Assembly: GCA_964016885.1 (NCBI GenBank) | Contig: OZ024740.1 | Location: 294,562,001-294,626,000 of the forward strand | Direction: 5' to 3' | DNA: 64,000 bases | Source: Eledone cirrhosa | Lineage: Eukaryota | Shown: positions 49,951-62,902 of the stretch, one piece after another | How positions within the stretch are numbered: the first letter of the stretch is position 1 | Layout: every line of letters begins with the position of its first letter | Notes under the pieces: model-generated | The model's input: only the letters and a program-made list of their open reading frames with translations | Databases searched by the model: none | Told to the model about the DNA's origin: nothing | Made by a program: the position numbers and the translations under genes

Positions 49951-52900
49951 GTAAGTATCGATATATTATTTTCGTTTATTTGACAGCTTTAAATACGTAA
50001 AACAACATTTTTAATGAAACGTAATTTATTATTAGCAGTTGCCAACAAAGCAAAGTCGATCAATTAAAATGATTGAGAGTGGGAAATTATTACTATGCAT
50101 CATTTGTACAAATACTCAGTCTAACCAATTCTGCGTAAAACTTCCTACTACGAAAATAAAACGTTCCCTAAAAGATGAATATATAAAAATATCAGATTTG
50201 TGAACGGAGATGGTTTGATTTGAAGACGATACTTCATTATGAATATATAAAATCCCGCCGAGGTTGACTTTGCCTTTCATCCTTACGGGGTCGATAAAAT
50301 AAAGTACCAGTAATGCACTGGGTAATTGCTGGCCTTGTGCCTAAAGTAGAAACAATTATGAATATATAAAAGAATCAAATTAATAATAATGAGTCAGAAA
50401 TTAAAAAAAAAGATAATTACATACTTCAGTGGGGAATACTGATATTTTACTCTAAAATCTGTAATTTACCTATGAATTACGGTATTTAGCTAATTTATTC
50501 CGTTCGTATTGTACCGTTTCAGTTTGAAGGCGATCTTTCTATATTGGCTCATATTCTTTCTTAACCTACTAAACACATAAGAAGCTAATGTCAGTCTATT
50601 GGGAATATCTTGAGACCCAGCCCTAGGTAACCGAGAGTACCCCCCCCCCCCTCTCTATCTATATATATGTATAACCGAAGGAAGTGTGGTAAGGAACCAG
50701 ATGGACCATAACGCACCAGAGTACTCAATACTTAGGGTAGTAGAGTGGATAATAGGAAAATGTTTAACCCCGACGGCAGAGCTCAAGCCGTTTCGACGGC
50801 TATTTCTGGACTTGAGCTCTGCCGTCGGGGTTAAACATTTTCATATATATATATATATTCCATTTATTGACAAAGTTGTAGATCCTATTGTCTTGTACTT
50901 GTCTGGCTTTACCTTCAGATCCCAGATTCTGCATGCTTCAAAGTAGTAATGAACACCAAACTGAGACTAGTACGTTCATCATCCTTGTTGCCACATATGG
51001 CAGCAAAGTCTAGACTCTTAAGAAAATAGACTACATTCAGTTGAGCTGTGATATCCGTCGTCTATAACAGAAGTAACACAGAGAGAGAACAAAAACAACA
51101 AATAATGTAGTAAGAGACAGGCTGTGAGCCAATATAACAATTATCCAAGTCTTCCCAAAATATGGCGATTATATGGATTCTTTTAGGATGCAAATGGAAA
51201 AGGGGCAGACTGAAAACTGGCAGCAGATGTTTCAAGACAATCTGAAGATCATCAATATCAATTAGAACATATGCAAAAGAGCAGCAGTGGGTCATGTACA
51301 TTGAAGGAAACTAACTACCCAGTACATGTCGATATAATTTTAAGTAACCCAAGAAATACCAACTCCAATAGTTTAGCTTGGCCACATTGTTTGCCAACCC
51401 AAAACATCTATGGTCCTCCAGTATTCTAGGAAATTTTCCAAGACCCAAGAAATAGAAGCAGTCCAGTGAAGACTATCTGGGAGGACCTAGAACTGCCACT
51501 ATTGACATGTAAACAACTGTAGAATCATTCTCCAATGGAGGCAATACATACTGTTGTCTAGCAAAGAAGCTGAATAGCTCTATGCAGGAATCATCATCAA
51601 TCATTGTTTGACTATGGATGCAGATAGTTTCACTGCAACATTTAGGATATATGAAGGAGAGGGCGTCTCAAATAATGTTTCTAGTATAGGCACAAGACCA
51701 GTAATTTGGTGGGAGAGCAAAGACGATTAAATCGACCCCAGTATGTTACTGGTGCTTTATTTTATCGACTCCGTAAGGATGAAAGGCAAAGTTAACTTCG
51801 GCGAGATTTGAAAAAGAACCGTAACTCTATGCCGCAAAGCCTAGTGTCCGACTCTCTACCGATACTGCCAATCCACCGCCTGGGCGTCCCAAATAATGGC
51901 ATCTATTGGTCCAAGGCCAAAAGGTAAATCCATCAAGCTTCTTCCCATCAACCCTGGACAATCTGATTGTTTTCAGAATTGAAGGGATTTTAATTCTGGC
52001 TATGACCCATTTTATGATTAGGTACAACTCTGGCAAGTGAAGAGACATGATATGACGATTTACAAAGTAAATTGATATTATGGGGCTTGCCTCATTGACA
52101 ATTAAAGCATTCAAAGATACCATATTTGAACCTGGCTTCCAATCCCCACAACTAACTACAAATAACACAAAATGGGTTACTTACCTACACAGTGAATAAA
52201 GATGATAAAAAAATGTCACTTGAATATACAAGGGACATAATTTGTTACTGCAACATAGAGCAACCTTTACAAGTGCAAGCATTCTCCTATCTCCACGTTT
52301 ACTTATGTCCTGTTTTATTTTTTTCTGTTTTTGACAGGCCGTAAAATAGCTATTGATGCCTCTATGAGTATTTATCAGTTTTTGATAGCAGTGAGACAAG
52401 ATGGTTCTAATTTAACAAATGAAAGTGGAGAAACTACCAGGTATTTTATTTTTTATATTTTGTTTAAACTTTTGTTTACTTTCTCATTTGACATCTTTTT
52501 CACATGGCTATAGGATGACATTGTCTTGGCTGTGGGATTAAGAAGTTCACTTTACAACTATGAGATTTCAGGTTTTTGTGTGACACTTTAGGTAAATATC
52601 TTCTACAATAGCCTCAAGCTAATTAATCCCTTCGGTGTAAATGGCTGGCATTTTGTGTATATATATATCATAATTATCACCGTTTAACGTCCATTTTCCA
52701 TGCTAGCATGAGTTGTCCCATTGTGAGACAAGCCTAATTGGACGACCATGTCTTGTTCATCTAGAACTAATTTTGGCCTGGTTTCTATGGCTGGATGCCC
52801 TTCCTCATGCCAACCACATTTGCAGTGTGTACTGGATGCTTTTTGTGACACCTACATGACCACTTTACAATGTGGACTGGGCGCTTTTTATCATGACACC

Positions 52901-55116
52901 TACACTATCACTTTACAGTTTGGGCTGGGCACTTTTATATATATACATAACTGCACCTATGATTGTATGAGCATCTGATGAAGTCACATACATAACCATG
53001 TAACAAATATATATCATGCATAAAGCATTTATTTATGGTGGAGTAATCTCATCTTAACTACTTTTAATTGATATATATACATGTCCAACTCATGCAAGCA
53101 TGCTAAAACAGGTGTAAAAATGGTGATGATGATGATAAATATATAATGACTTGACAATTTGCAATAGCAATTTCAGGAAGCTAACCAGCCACATAATCAC
53201 CTCTCAATTAGGCTGCAGGAAAAAACCCACCTGATGACAATTGCTGCTGTGATGCAAATTAGAGCCTGATCAATCCTGGATGGGTCACTTGGGCATAGGT
53301 CTATGATGTCAAAGGACCTAAAACACACAATGACTACAGTTTCACATTGCTGATTATGTGTCCCAGCTCAGTTTCAATTCTTGTCTTTTAATTATCAAAA
53401 ATTGGAAAAGTATTAGTAAAATAAGTCACTTTATTAACTCTTAACATCCTGGTATGATTTAGAAAATATCTAAAAATGGGTTTGTTTATTCAAATGTTTA
53501 TAATATTTCTTTGTGAAGGCACAATGGCTTTATGGTTAGGGAATTTAGCTTATGATTGTAAGGTTGTGAGTTCGATATCCTTGAGCAAGACACTTTATTT
53601 CATGTTGCTTCAGTCCACTCAGCTGGCAAAAATGAGCTGTACCTGTAATCCGAAGAGCCAGGCTTGTCACACTGAATCTTCCTGAGAACTACATTAAGGG
53701 TATGCGTGTTTGTGTAATGCTCAGCCACTTGCATGTTAATTTCATGAGCAGGCTGTTCTGTTGATCGTATCGACTGGAACACTCATCATATCCAACGGAG
53801 TGCCCCTTATAATACTTTTACTAGTGGGCAGAAAATTGTGAAAATTTTGTAGTATTAGAGGAAGGACTTTAATTTTTAATGTAATGCAGTCATAGCAATG
53901 TTTTATACTCTTCAATAATGCCCTATGTGGTTTCATGTTAATGGATGTTAATAAAGTTACTGTTAAGAGCATAACAAAAGATTTCTTATATAAACTTATA
54001 GGAGATTTTATTTCAATCTGAACACTTGAAAACCAAAGATAGTCTTAAGTGAGTTAATATCAAAAGAGTTAAGTAGCTACTGTAATTGGTGCAAGTAAAT
54101 ATATGGGTTATGGCTGTATTTAAAACAGATTAACTCTTTTGTTACCTGTTTCTAATGAAAGACATTGCCAGTGTGTTTCAATTAAATTCAATGAAAATTT
54201 TGGAGGAATTAAAAAATATAACTGTTTTTCTTATTAAACTGAACAAAAATTTCTTACATAAAAATTATGATGGAAGATTTTAATATATGTATGAAGTGTT
54301 TAAAACAGGCAGTTTTGAATCAGAGAACCAGGTGCAGTCTCAGACGGGCTGGTAACAAAAGGGTTAATATAATCACTATTTAAAAAGAAAATATATATTT
54401 ACATTATATTTATATTTTTTTGCAGTCATCTCATGGGTATTTTCTATCGAACTATTCGTATGATAGAACATGGTATTAAGCCAGTTTATGTGTTTGATGG
54501 GAAACCACCAGAGATGAAGTCTGGAGAGGTGAGATATTAAAGCATTTATTGTACATAATTAAAAGTTTAGTCTTTAGCCTTTTTGTTATTATATTTCTAA
54601 TAAAAAATACTGTCTGTAATTTTTAAATAACTTTGAAAATTATCAAGAATTTGGAAGTATTTAGTCATGAAACTAACTTTCTCATTATTAAGTTGGTGTT
54701 TGAAACATAACTTAACAAAGGTTCTTATATAAAATTACAATAGAAGATTTTTAGATAAACATAAACACATTAAAACAAATAGCTTTGCATCATAGCACTA
54801 GTAGCAGTATGTTTGTATGGTAGCTTGAGGGGAATGGGAATATGGCGAAAGAGAAACAAAAAAGATGTAGTCTGAAGGAAAACAAGTTGTTTGACCTGGA
54901 TGATAATGTATGGGGTGGGCATGGTTGGAAAGAAGAAGCAAGAGATTACATTACATTTGATGAATGAATGACTTCCTTGTGAGTTATGAGAGGCTAAGGG
55001 TTGTAGGGGATGGGAGGGGAAGCATGATGTGTTGGTTTTTTCCTCTAGAACAATCTAAGGGAGGTGGAAAATAAGATAAAAAGAAAATATTGTGAAAGAG
55101 AAACAAAAAATGTGTG

Positions 55117-55150
<34 letters not shown>

Positions 55151-56454
55151 GTAATAATAATAAAATTGAAGACTAAAATCCAAAGAGGGCTCGATAAGGA
55201 AAATATCAAATATATAAGAACCGTAGAGCAAATATTTATTAATTAAGGGTGAAAGCAGCGATTCTTTGCTTAAACTTTAATAATAAATATATATATATAT
55301 ATATATATGTAGATAAATCTACCAAGAGTTTACGGTAGTGTCCAATCCGTATGAAGAACTCAATGTATTCTGGATATCATGGAAAGAAGAGATGTAATGA
55401 AAAACCACTTTCGGTGAAAGATAAACGGTATACAGAGTCAAAATAAAATATTAAACAAATAATGAATAAACAATTCCTTATATTAAACAAAAAAAGTTCA
55501 TTATTTAACGATCGTTTCTAGGATATATATGTGTTAGAATTGGTATGCATATTCAACAGATCTATGTACAAAATTATACAAAATTATACAAATTATCAAG
55601 ATTAAATATACATACCAAACACATATATACGCCGTCTTCAGAAATAATGAAGTATATTTATTGATAATAACAACAATTCAAAATTTCAGTTCAAAATTGA
55701 CCAATGAAAACACAAAGGGTTAAAAGCAGTTTGGTGTGTGTATATACATGTAAAACCCTTACACATATTTTACAAAAATGTATGTATAATTTGTATACGC
55801 ATACTAAAAGGATGGATGCAAATACAAAATTTCAAGGTTAATGTCTCTGTAAGCTTACAATGCGCAGATAAGATGCGCATTGATACTTATGAAATCAAGT
55901 ATATAAATATATTTTTTCATACTCAGACATATCAGTACAATCACACATACACGCGCGTATATGCATAAATATACACATAACCACGAACATACAAACACAC
56001 ACACACCCCCACTCACATTTATATATGTGGATATAAAATCATAAGCACATGGATATTAATTCACTCACTTAAAACACTGGTACACACATTTTTAGATCAA
56101 GATACAGAAATTAGGTGGGAGGGGGGGGAAGGGGTCAGTATTCAATTGTCTGAGCAGACTGCCTAATATAAATGTATCTATAAATTAAGAAAAATAAAAA
56201 AATAAAACAATAAAATATAATAAATATAATATAATATACATACACATACAGATATATACACATACATACATGTACACACACATAGAAATATTTACGCATA
56301 CACACATACACATACAGTCATACACACACATACACCTACACGAACATACACATACACATATATAAATATATATATATACACACACACGCACGCAACACAT
56401 ACACACATATATAAAAAATAAATAATAAAGATATATACCCATATATATATATAT

Positions 56455-56495
<41 letters not shown>

Positions 56496-56906
56496 CATAC
56501 ACATACACCTAAATATACATACACATACACACACACATACATGTACATACATGTACATATACGCACATCGACATACATATATATATATATATATATACAC
56601 ACACATAGACATAGATACATACACACACAACTTACATACACACATATATATATACATGTATATTCATACATAGAATTAGATATATAATCATACATACATA
56701 TGTACTTACTTATACTCATATATACAAATACATACGCATCCATATATGCGTATATACATAAAAAACCACTACAACCTCACATAAACTCAGACATACAAAT
56801 AAAAATAATAATAAAAAGGCATATGTATATACATACACACACGCATTAATAGAGATATATATATACACACACATACATACACATATATATATATATATAT
56901 ATACAC

Positions 56907-56939
<33 letters not shown>

Positions 56940-57045
56940 TACACTCATACATATATATAAATATATATATACACATAGATATTCACACACTTATACCACC
57001 ATAAATACACATACAAACACCCACATATACATATATATACACACG

Positions 57046-57081
<36 letters not shown>

Positions 57082-57096
57082 TAAAAAACAGACATG

Positions 57097-57182
<86 letters not shown>

Positions 57183-57268
57183 TTTACACTTATATATACA
57201 CATATTATATACACATACACAACCTCACTTATACACACATACACATAAGTTATATTATAATAATAAAG

Positions 57269-57325
<57 letters not shown>

Positions 57326-57416
57326 CATACATACATACACACACATACATACATATAAACATATACATACCCAAATACACACATACGAATATAGACATAT
57401 ATTCACACATAAACAC

Positions 57417-57467
<51 letters not shown>

Positions 57468-58590
57468 CACACACATACATATACACAGACACATATACAC
57501 ACTCACATATATATATGTGTGTGTGTGCACACACACATATATATACACACACATACACATAAACACATACATATGCATACATGCACACACACACACATAT
57601 ATCACATAGATACGAAGATAAACATATAAATAGAGAGACATACATATATATACAACACACATATACACACATACATACACACGCCTATACATATACATAT
57701 ATATATACATATATATATTCCTATATATACATACATACACATATATACACATATATACACATACATACACATATACGTACACACATTCACATACACATAC
57801 ATATATAATGCATATATACACATATATACATACATATACACACTCATATATACACACGCAATCTTACATTCATATTTGCATGCGCATATATGTATTTTTA
57901 TATTTAGATATAAATACCCAAACCTATATAGACACCTACCTACATATATATTCATACATAGACGCTTACAAATACAGATGATAATAGTATGGGGGAAAGG
58001 GGGGGTTTGGAGAAGGGGATCAAAGTAAATATATGTTTCAAGAAACATAGAATATTTTCCGTATCTTTATCCAATGTATGTTCTTACATATTTTCAGTGT
58101 TAGGAAATACAATCAACAAGAACTAAGGCAAAATCTATGCATCTCAAAATAAATAAGTATACCATTAATCATATGTTAACTAAACCAAAGATAGTCAACA
58201 TATTGACTTCTAAGGTGTAAATTAGTTAGGTTTATAATATTTGAAGCAGAATTTTGAAGTTAAACAGTAGTAGATTATTAATTACAGTATAACTAAATTA
58301 AAGTTAATAACGTTATGGTATCAATATTAGGAAATGAATTTAGTAATAGGGAAAAAAAAAAACACAAATAAAAATAAAATAAAGTATTACATCGGTAGTA
58401 GAATATAAATTATATGTTAACTAAATTAAAAATTATATATTTATTTCAATAGTATATGTTAATTAGGTATACAATACATAAAGCAGATATTGTATTTCAT
58501 CAATAGCATAATATAATTATATGCAAATAGAAATCAAAATTAATACGCATACATATACATATACATACACATACATATATACATATATAT

Positions 58591-58635
<45 letters not shown>

Positions 58636-61600
58636 TACATACATACACATATACATACACACTCACACATACACATACACATATACATATACATCTTTTT
58701 CAAAAAATTGCATAGAATATATTAACTAGGTATATATCCAAAACACATCCCATTCTATGATTACATGACATTCTGCAATTCGTCTGTATAAGGATACTAA
58801 TTTTAAGCAAATTAAAATTAAAATTTTAGGTTGATTAAAACTAAAACCAAATAATAAATATATTTCTAAAATGTATATTAATTAGGTCTATAATACTAAA
58901 AATTATTTCTCTGTCATTGGATACACGATATTATTTTGTTATATTTTATCTGTAAAAGAATTATAATAAAAGGTTTAAATAAGTTAAAATTAATCTATAA
59001 ATTAAATTACTAAGTATATATTAGTAATATTTAAAGGTTTTTCACAATTTATGATTACATAATATTTTATATTCTCATCTGTAATAAAATATTAATTAAA
59101 TTAAATTTATAGGTTAACTAACATTTAAATTAAATTAATTTCTAAAATAATGTTATTAATTAGGTTTATAATATTTAAATGTTTTTTTTTAGTTTATGAT
59201 TACACGATATAATTAATTCCTGTCGTTTATTTAATAAGATATCCTTAGACTTCATTATTTCAAATAGTTCTTGGGAACATAATCTACATTCATTTCTATT
59301 ATTTTGATAAGGGGTGGCTCTTTTGAGCACACTCCAGGTCAAATCATATTTTATATTCTTATTTTTATAACTATTGATTTTTTCTAGAGATTTTTTCTAT
59401 ATATATATATATATATACAGAGAGAGAGAGAGAGCGGTGCTGAGACCACTAATCATAGGAATACTCAATGAGGAGATGTAGAATGGGTATAGAGATATAT
59501 AAAATCTCAATTGAGATTTTACATATCTCTGTGTGTTTATATGTGTATGTGTGTGTATGTATATATATATATTTTATATTCTTTTACTGGTTTTAGTCAT
59601 TAGATTGCAGCCATGCTGGGGCACCAGCATATCAATTGCAGTACTTATTTTTCAAAAATAGTACTTTTTTTTGTCAAAGCACTTACACAAGTTACCTGGC
59701 ATAAACAAAGACCTAGTCACAAATGTAAGCATTGACATAGATGTGTGTTTGCACACACACATTTATATGCATATGTGTGTATATATATCATCATCATCAT
59801 CATCATCGTTTAACGTTCATCTTTCACACTTGCATGAGTTTGGACGGGAGTTTTCCCACTTTAGGCAAGATTGGTTGTCCTGCTTGTATAGGACTGTCTG
59901 GCGGGTTTTCTACGGCTGGATGCCCTTCCTAACACCAGTGTGGACTGGGAGGTTTTTACCGTGTTACCTACACGGCCACATTACAGCATGGACTGTGTGT
60001 TTTTTTGTCGTGACACCTACACGTCTGGCGGGTTTTCTACGGCTGGATGCTCTTCCTAACACCAACCACGTTTACAGTGTGAACTGGGATGTTTTTAGCG
60101 TGTTACCTACACGGCCACATTACAGCGTGGACTGTGTGTGTTTTTGTCGTGACACCTACACGACCTCATTTGTTTTGGACTGGATGTTGTGGTACCAACA
60201 TAGCTTCACATTTAATGGGGTGGGGGTAGTGGGACGGGTGTATTTTTGTTAGAGGTGCCTACTGATTGTAGGTTTCGCTTTATACTTCGGCAAGGCGGGT
60301 CTTCAGTATTACTGTGTAGCGCCAAAGATCTCGGTCCAGTGACATTGTCTTGGAGGGGTGTAAGTGTGTGAGGTCGGAATTTATCAAGTCGTCCCAGGTT
60401 TTTCTGGGTCTGCCTACTCCGTGGCTACCGTCTATTTTTATCGCCCGGCACTTTTTTATACAGCTGTCGTCTTTCATGCGCATCACGTGACCGTACCAAC
60501 ATAGTCTTCTCTCGAGTAAACAACATCTGATCCCTCTTATTCCTAATTTCTCCCTTCGTTTATGCTTTGCCGTTCACGTATATTACTATTACACATCCAG
60601 CGGAGCATGCAAGCTTCGTTCCTCTCCAGTCTGCACACAATGTCCAGGTTTCACTGCCATGTAACATTGCTGTTCGTATGCAGGCATCATACAGCCTGCC
60701 TTTCATTTTTAGAGAGAACCCTTTAGCGGCCAATAGTGGTATAAGCTCTCTGAACTTTTTCCATCCCGTTCTGACTCTAACTACTGTACTTTCAGAGCAC
60801 CCTCCCTCACTGCTGATTTTGTCATCTAGGTAACGGAAGGTGTCCACTATTTCTATAGAACCATCTGTACAATGGAATGAGCTAGTATTCTGTGGGCACT
60901 TGCTGCTACTTATTGCACCAGAGCACCGGCCACATATAAAATCTATATTCTTAGTTAGCTTACCTGTGATCCCACTACATCTTTTATGCACCCATACTTT
61001 ACATTTGGGACATAAAATGGAGTTTCTGCCTACTCCTTTCCTACACACTGAGCATGGCCATTTCCCAGATGGGACCGGTGCCCTATCTTCCTTCCTACAA
61101 ACTAGAGCTTTAGCCTTAGACAAGTTAACTTTAAGGCCTTTTGATTCTAGGCCCTGCTTCCATGTTTGGAATTTCTTCTCTAGTTCAGCCATTGATTCAG
61201 CTATGAGCGTTAGATCATCTGCATATAGGAGTTCCCATGGGCAGCCGGTCTTGAACTCCTCTGTTATAGCCTGAAGGGCAATAATAAATAGTAGGGGGCT
61301 AAGAATGGAGTCCTGATGAACACCAACTTTTAGGCTAAACTCTTCACTATATTCGTTGTTAATTCTAACCTTGCTGACTGTTTCTTTATACATGGCTTGT
61401 ATAGCTCTCACAAGCCATTCATCAACACCTAGTTTTCTAAGAGCCCACCAGATAATGGAGCGGGGGGACTCTGTCAAGTGAACAAAAGCTAAGTATAGGG
61501 GTTTACTTTTAGCTAGGTACTTCTCCTGTAGTTGTCGTACAATGAAAAGAGCGTCTGTGGTACTTTTACCTGACACAAACCCGAACTGCATTTCATCTAG

Positions 61601-62783
61601 ATCAATTCGTTCTCTGATTAGTTGCGCTATTATTTTTTCTGTGACCTTCATGACCTGGTCGATTAATTTAATGCCTCTATAGTTACCCCTATCTAGGGCA
61701 TCTCCTTTACCCTTGTAGCAGTTAATGATGATGCTGCTACGCCAGTCCTTCGGAACAACTCCATTCTGTATGACTTGGTTTATTATCCGGGTGACCATAG
61801 TGTGTCCCACCGTTCCAGATGCTTTCAGCATTTCAGTAACTATTTCCGAAGGCCCAGCGGCCTTACCCGTCTTCATATCTTTGATTGCCTTACTTATTAT
61901 ACTACCTTCAACTAGCACTGCTGGTCCCTCTATTGGATCGATGTGGGGGAGACTGTCTTTCTCCCATTTATTCTCCTCATTTAGTAGTGACACTTCCAAG
62001 CTACCTCCTTATCAGCGTCAGTGATGGCAAGTACACCATCATCATTAAGGACACACTTCTCCCCGACAATATCACGGTTTTCCTTGACACATTGCCTAGC
62101 AATCCTGAACACCTCACGTTTTTGGTCTTCGCGTTGTAGAACATGCTTGAACTACTTTCCTCTGCTTCCCTTCTTGCGAAATATATATGATGGGTTTCTT
62201 CAACCAAATTCCACTCACAAGGCATTGGTCAACCCGAAACTCCAGCCAGTAGCAGACACTGAAGCCAGAACTTCCTGGTTGCAAAACAAACTCCTTAGCC
62301 ATACAGTTATATATATATAATGTATATATATATATAGTTTACTCCAGTTTACTCAGCTGTAGAAATGAGATGATAGGGACTGGGGTCCCTATCATTCCAC
62401 TGCAAAGTGGTCGTGGAGGTGCCACGGCAAAAAAGCACCCAGCACTCACTGTAAATGAGGTTGGTGTGAGGAAGGGCATCCAGCTGTAGAAATCAAGCCA
62501 GAATCAGTTCCCGTCCCACCATTGCAAGCAGCGAAAGGTGGACGTAAAATGAGATGATGATGATGATATTCCTATGATACAAAATTGTTTATTTTAAAGT
62601 ATTTATATTTATCTAAAAAACATCCTTGTCTTTTATTAGAAATATAATAGAGAAAGAGTGAAAATGGTAAATATGTAAAAAAAACTACAAAAATCTAATG
62701 TTTTTTTTTTTATAAACAGTTGGAAAAGAGAAAAGAAAAACGGGAAGAAGCTCAAAAGGCTCTGGAGAAAGCTGAAGAAATTG
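49869..62783 (+). CDS. FEN1: Flap endonuclease 1, 5' part (4 coding exons in window; gene continues downstream)
   Basis: Spliced translation [107 protein letters not shown], the XPG-N domain of FEN1. Confidence 0.96.
50253..50360 (+). mobile_element. SINE fragment of the family with core gactttgcctttcatcctt.cggggtcgataaaataaagtaccag
   Basis: Same core recurs near 9860-10000, 31400-31600, 31830-31930, 38296-38395, 41470-41630, 41836-42010, 48285-48570, 48703-48760 and 51670-51880. Confidence 0.75.
50756..50842. repeat. Perfect 32-bp inverted repeat with 23-nt spacer
   Basis: gaaaatgtttaaccccgacggcagagctcaag ... cttgagctctgccgtcggggttaaacattttc. Confidence 0.93.
51885..52170 (-). mobile_element. 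CRE-like (restriction-like endonuclease) non-LTR retrotransposon remnant
   Basis: [36 protein letters not shown] resembles the IPSILEP.GLSR.DGKRPDG.T..PW motif. Confidence 0.6.
52338..52440 (+). CDS. FEN1: FEN1 exon 2
   Basis: [20 protein letters not shown]...GETT; CAG/GT boundaries. Confidence 0.96.
53513..53806 (+). mobile_element. tRNA-derived SINE containing the monomer of the 38-bp satellite
   Basis: A/B boxes; core ccttgagcaagacactttatttca; ctgaatcttcctgagaactacattaagggtatgcgtg at 53672-53708. Confidence 0.8.
54130..54367. mobile_element. TTAA-flanked MITE, family 2
   Basis: TIR ttaactcttttgttacc / ggtaacaaaagggttaa. Confidence 0.75.
54426..54528 (+). CDS. FEN1: FEN1 exon 3
   Basis: [25 protein letters not shown]; CAG/GTGAG boundaries. 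Confidence 0.96.
55497..55651 (-). ncRNA. Putative type-I hammerhead ribozyme of a Penelope-like element
   Basis: Minus strand: stem I TTCATTATTT, CTGAAGA, long stem II, GAAAC-GATC-GT-T, AAATAATGAA. Confidence 0.6.
55930..57960. repeat. ~2-kb compound TA/CA/TACA microsatellite field
   Basis: Mosaic dinucleotide runs, nearly G-free on the plus strand; a smaller block at 58545-58692. Confidence 0.95.
59176..59392 (-). mobile_element. Penelope-like element remnant (GIY-YIG C-terminal region)
   Basis: Minus-strand [66 protein letters not shown] matches the Penelope W.IL.RA.PY...C.LC..E...I......LNKR.EL...C.H pattern. Confidence 0.8.
59788..62185 (-). mobile_element. RTE LINE, 5'-truncated and frameshifted, in FEN1 intron 3
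   Basis: ORF 60560..61999 (QFGF, YADD, Cys finger) closely similar to the 15514-17995 copy; (GAT)n tail near 59788. Confidence 0.95.
62337..62566 (+). mobile_element. 5'-truncated copy of the RTE-tailed SINE
   Basis: Matches the 3' two-thirds of 7713-8040; gatgatgatgat tail. Confidence 0.85.
62720..62783 (+). CDS. FEN1: FEN1 exon 4
   Basis: poly-T tract + CAG acceptor, [22 protein letters not shown]; donor GTGAAG is less certain. Confidence 0.85.
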
Positions 62784-62902
62784 GTGAAGATTTATTTCAT
62801 TCTTGACATCTTTTCATAATCCTTTACTTGTTGCTTCATCCCAACAAATGAAATGACCAAAACCCACTTGATAAACATGTTTCTCTTCTAATTTCTTCCT
62901 GT

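Noticed and set aside
52965-53022. Second hammerhead (CTGATGA core)
   Set aside because: No GAAA box and no convincing stems
56185-58715. Many Y/I/C/V/M-rich ORFs (also 7979-8364, 17815-18419, 21760-22028)
   Set aside because: Translations of TA/CA microsatellites
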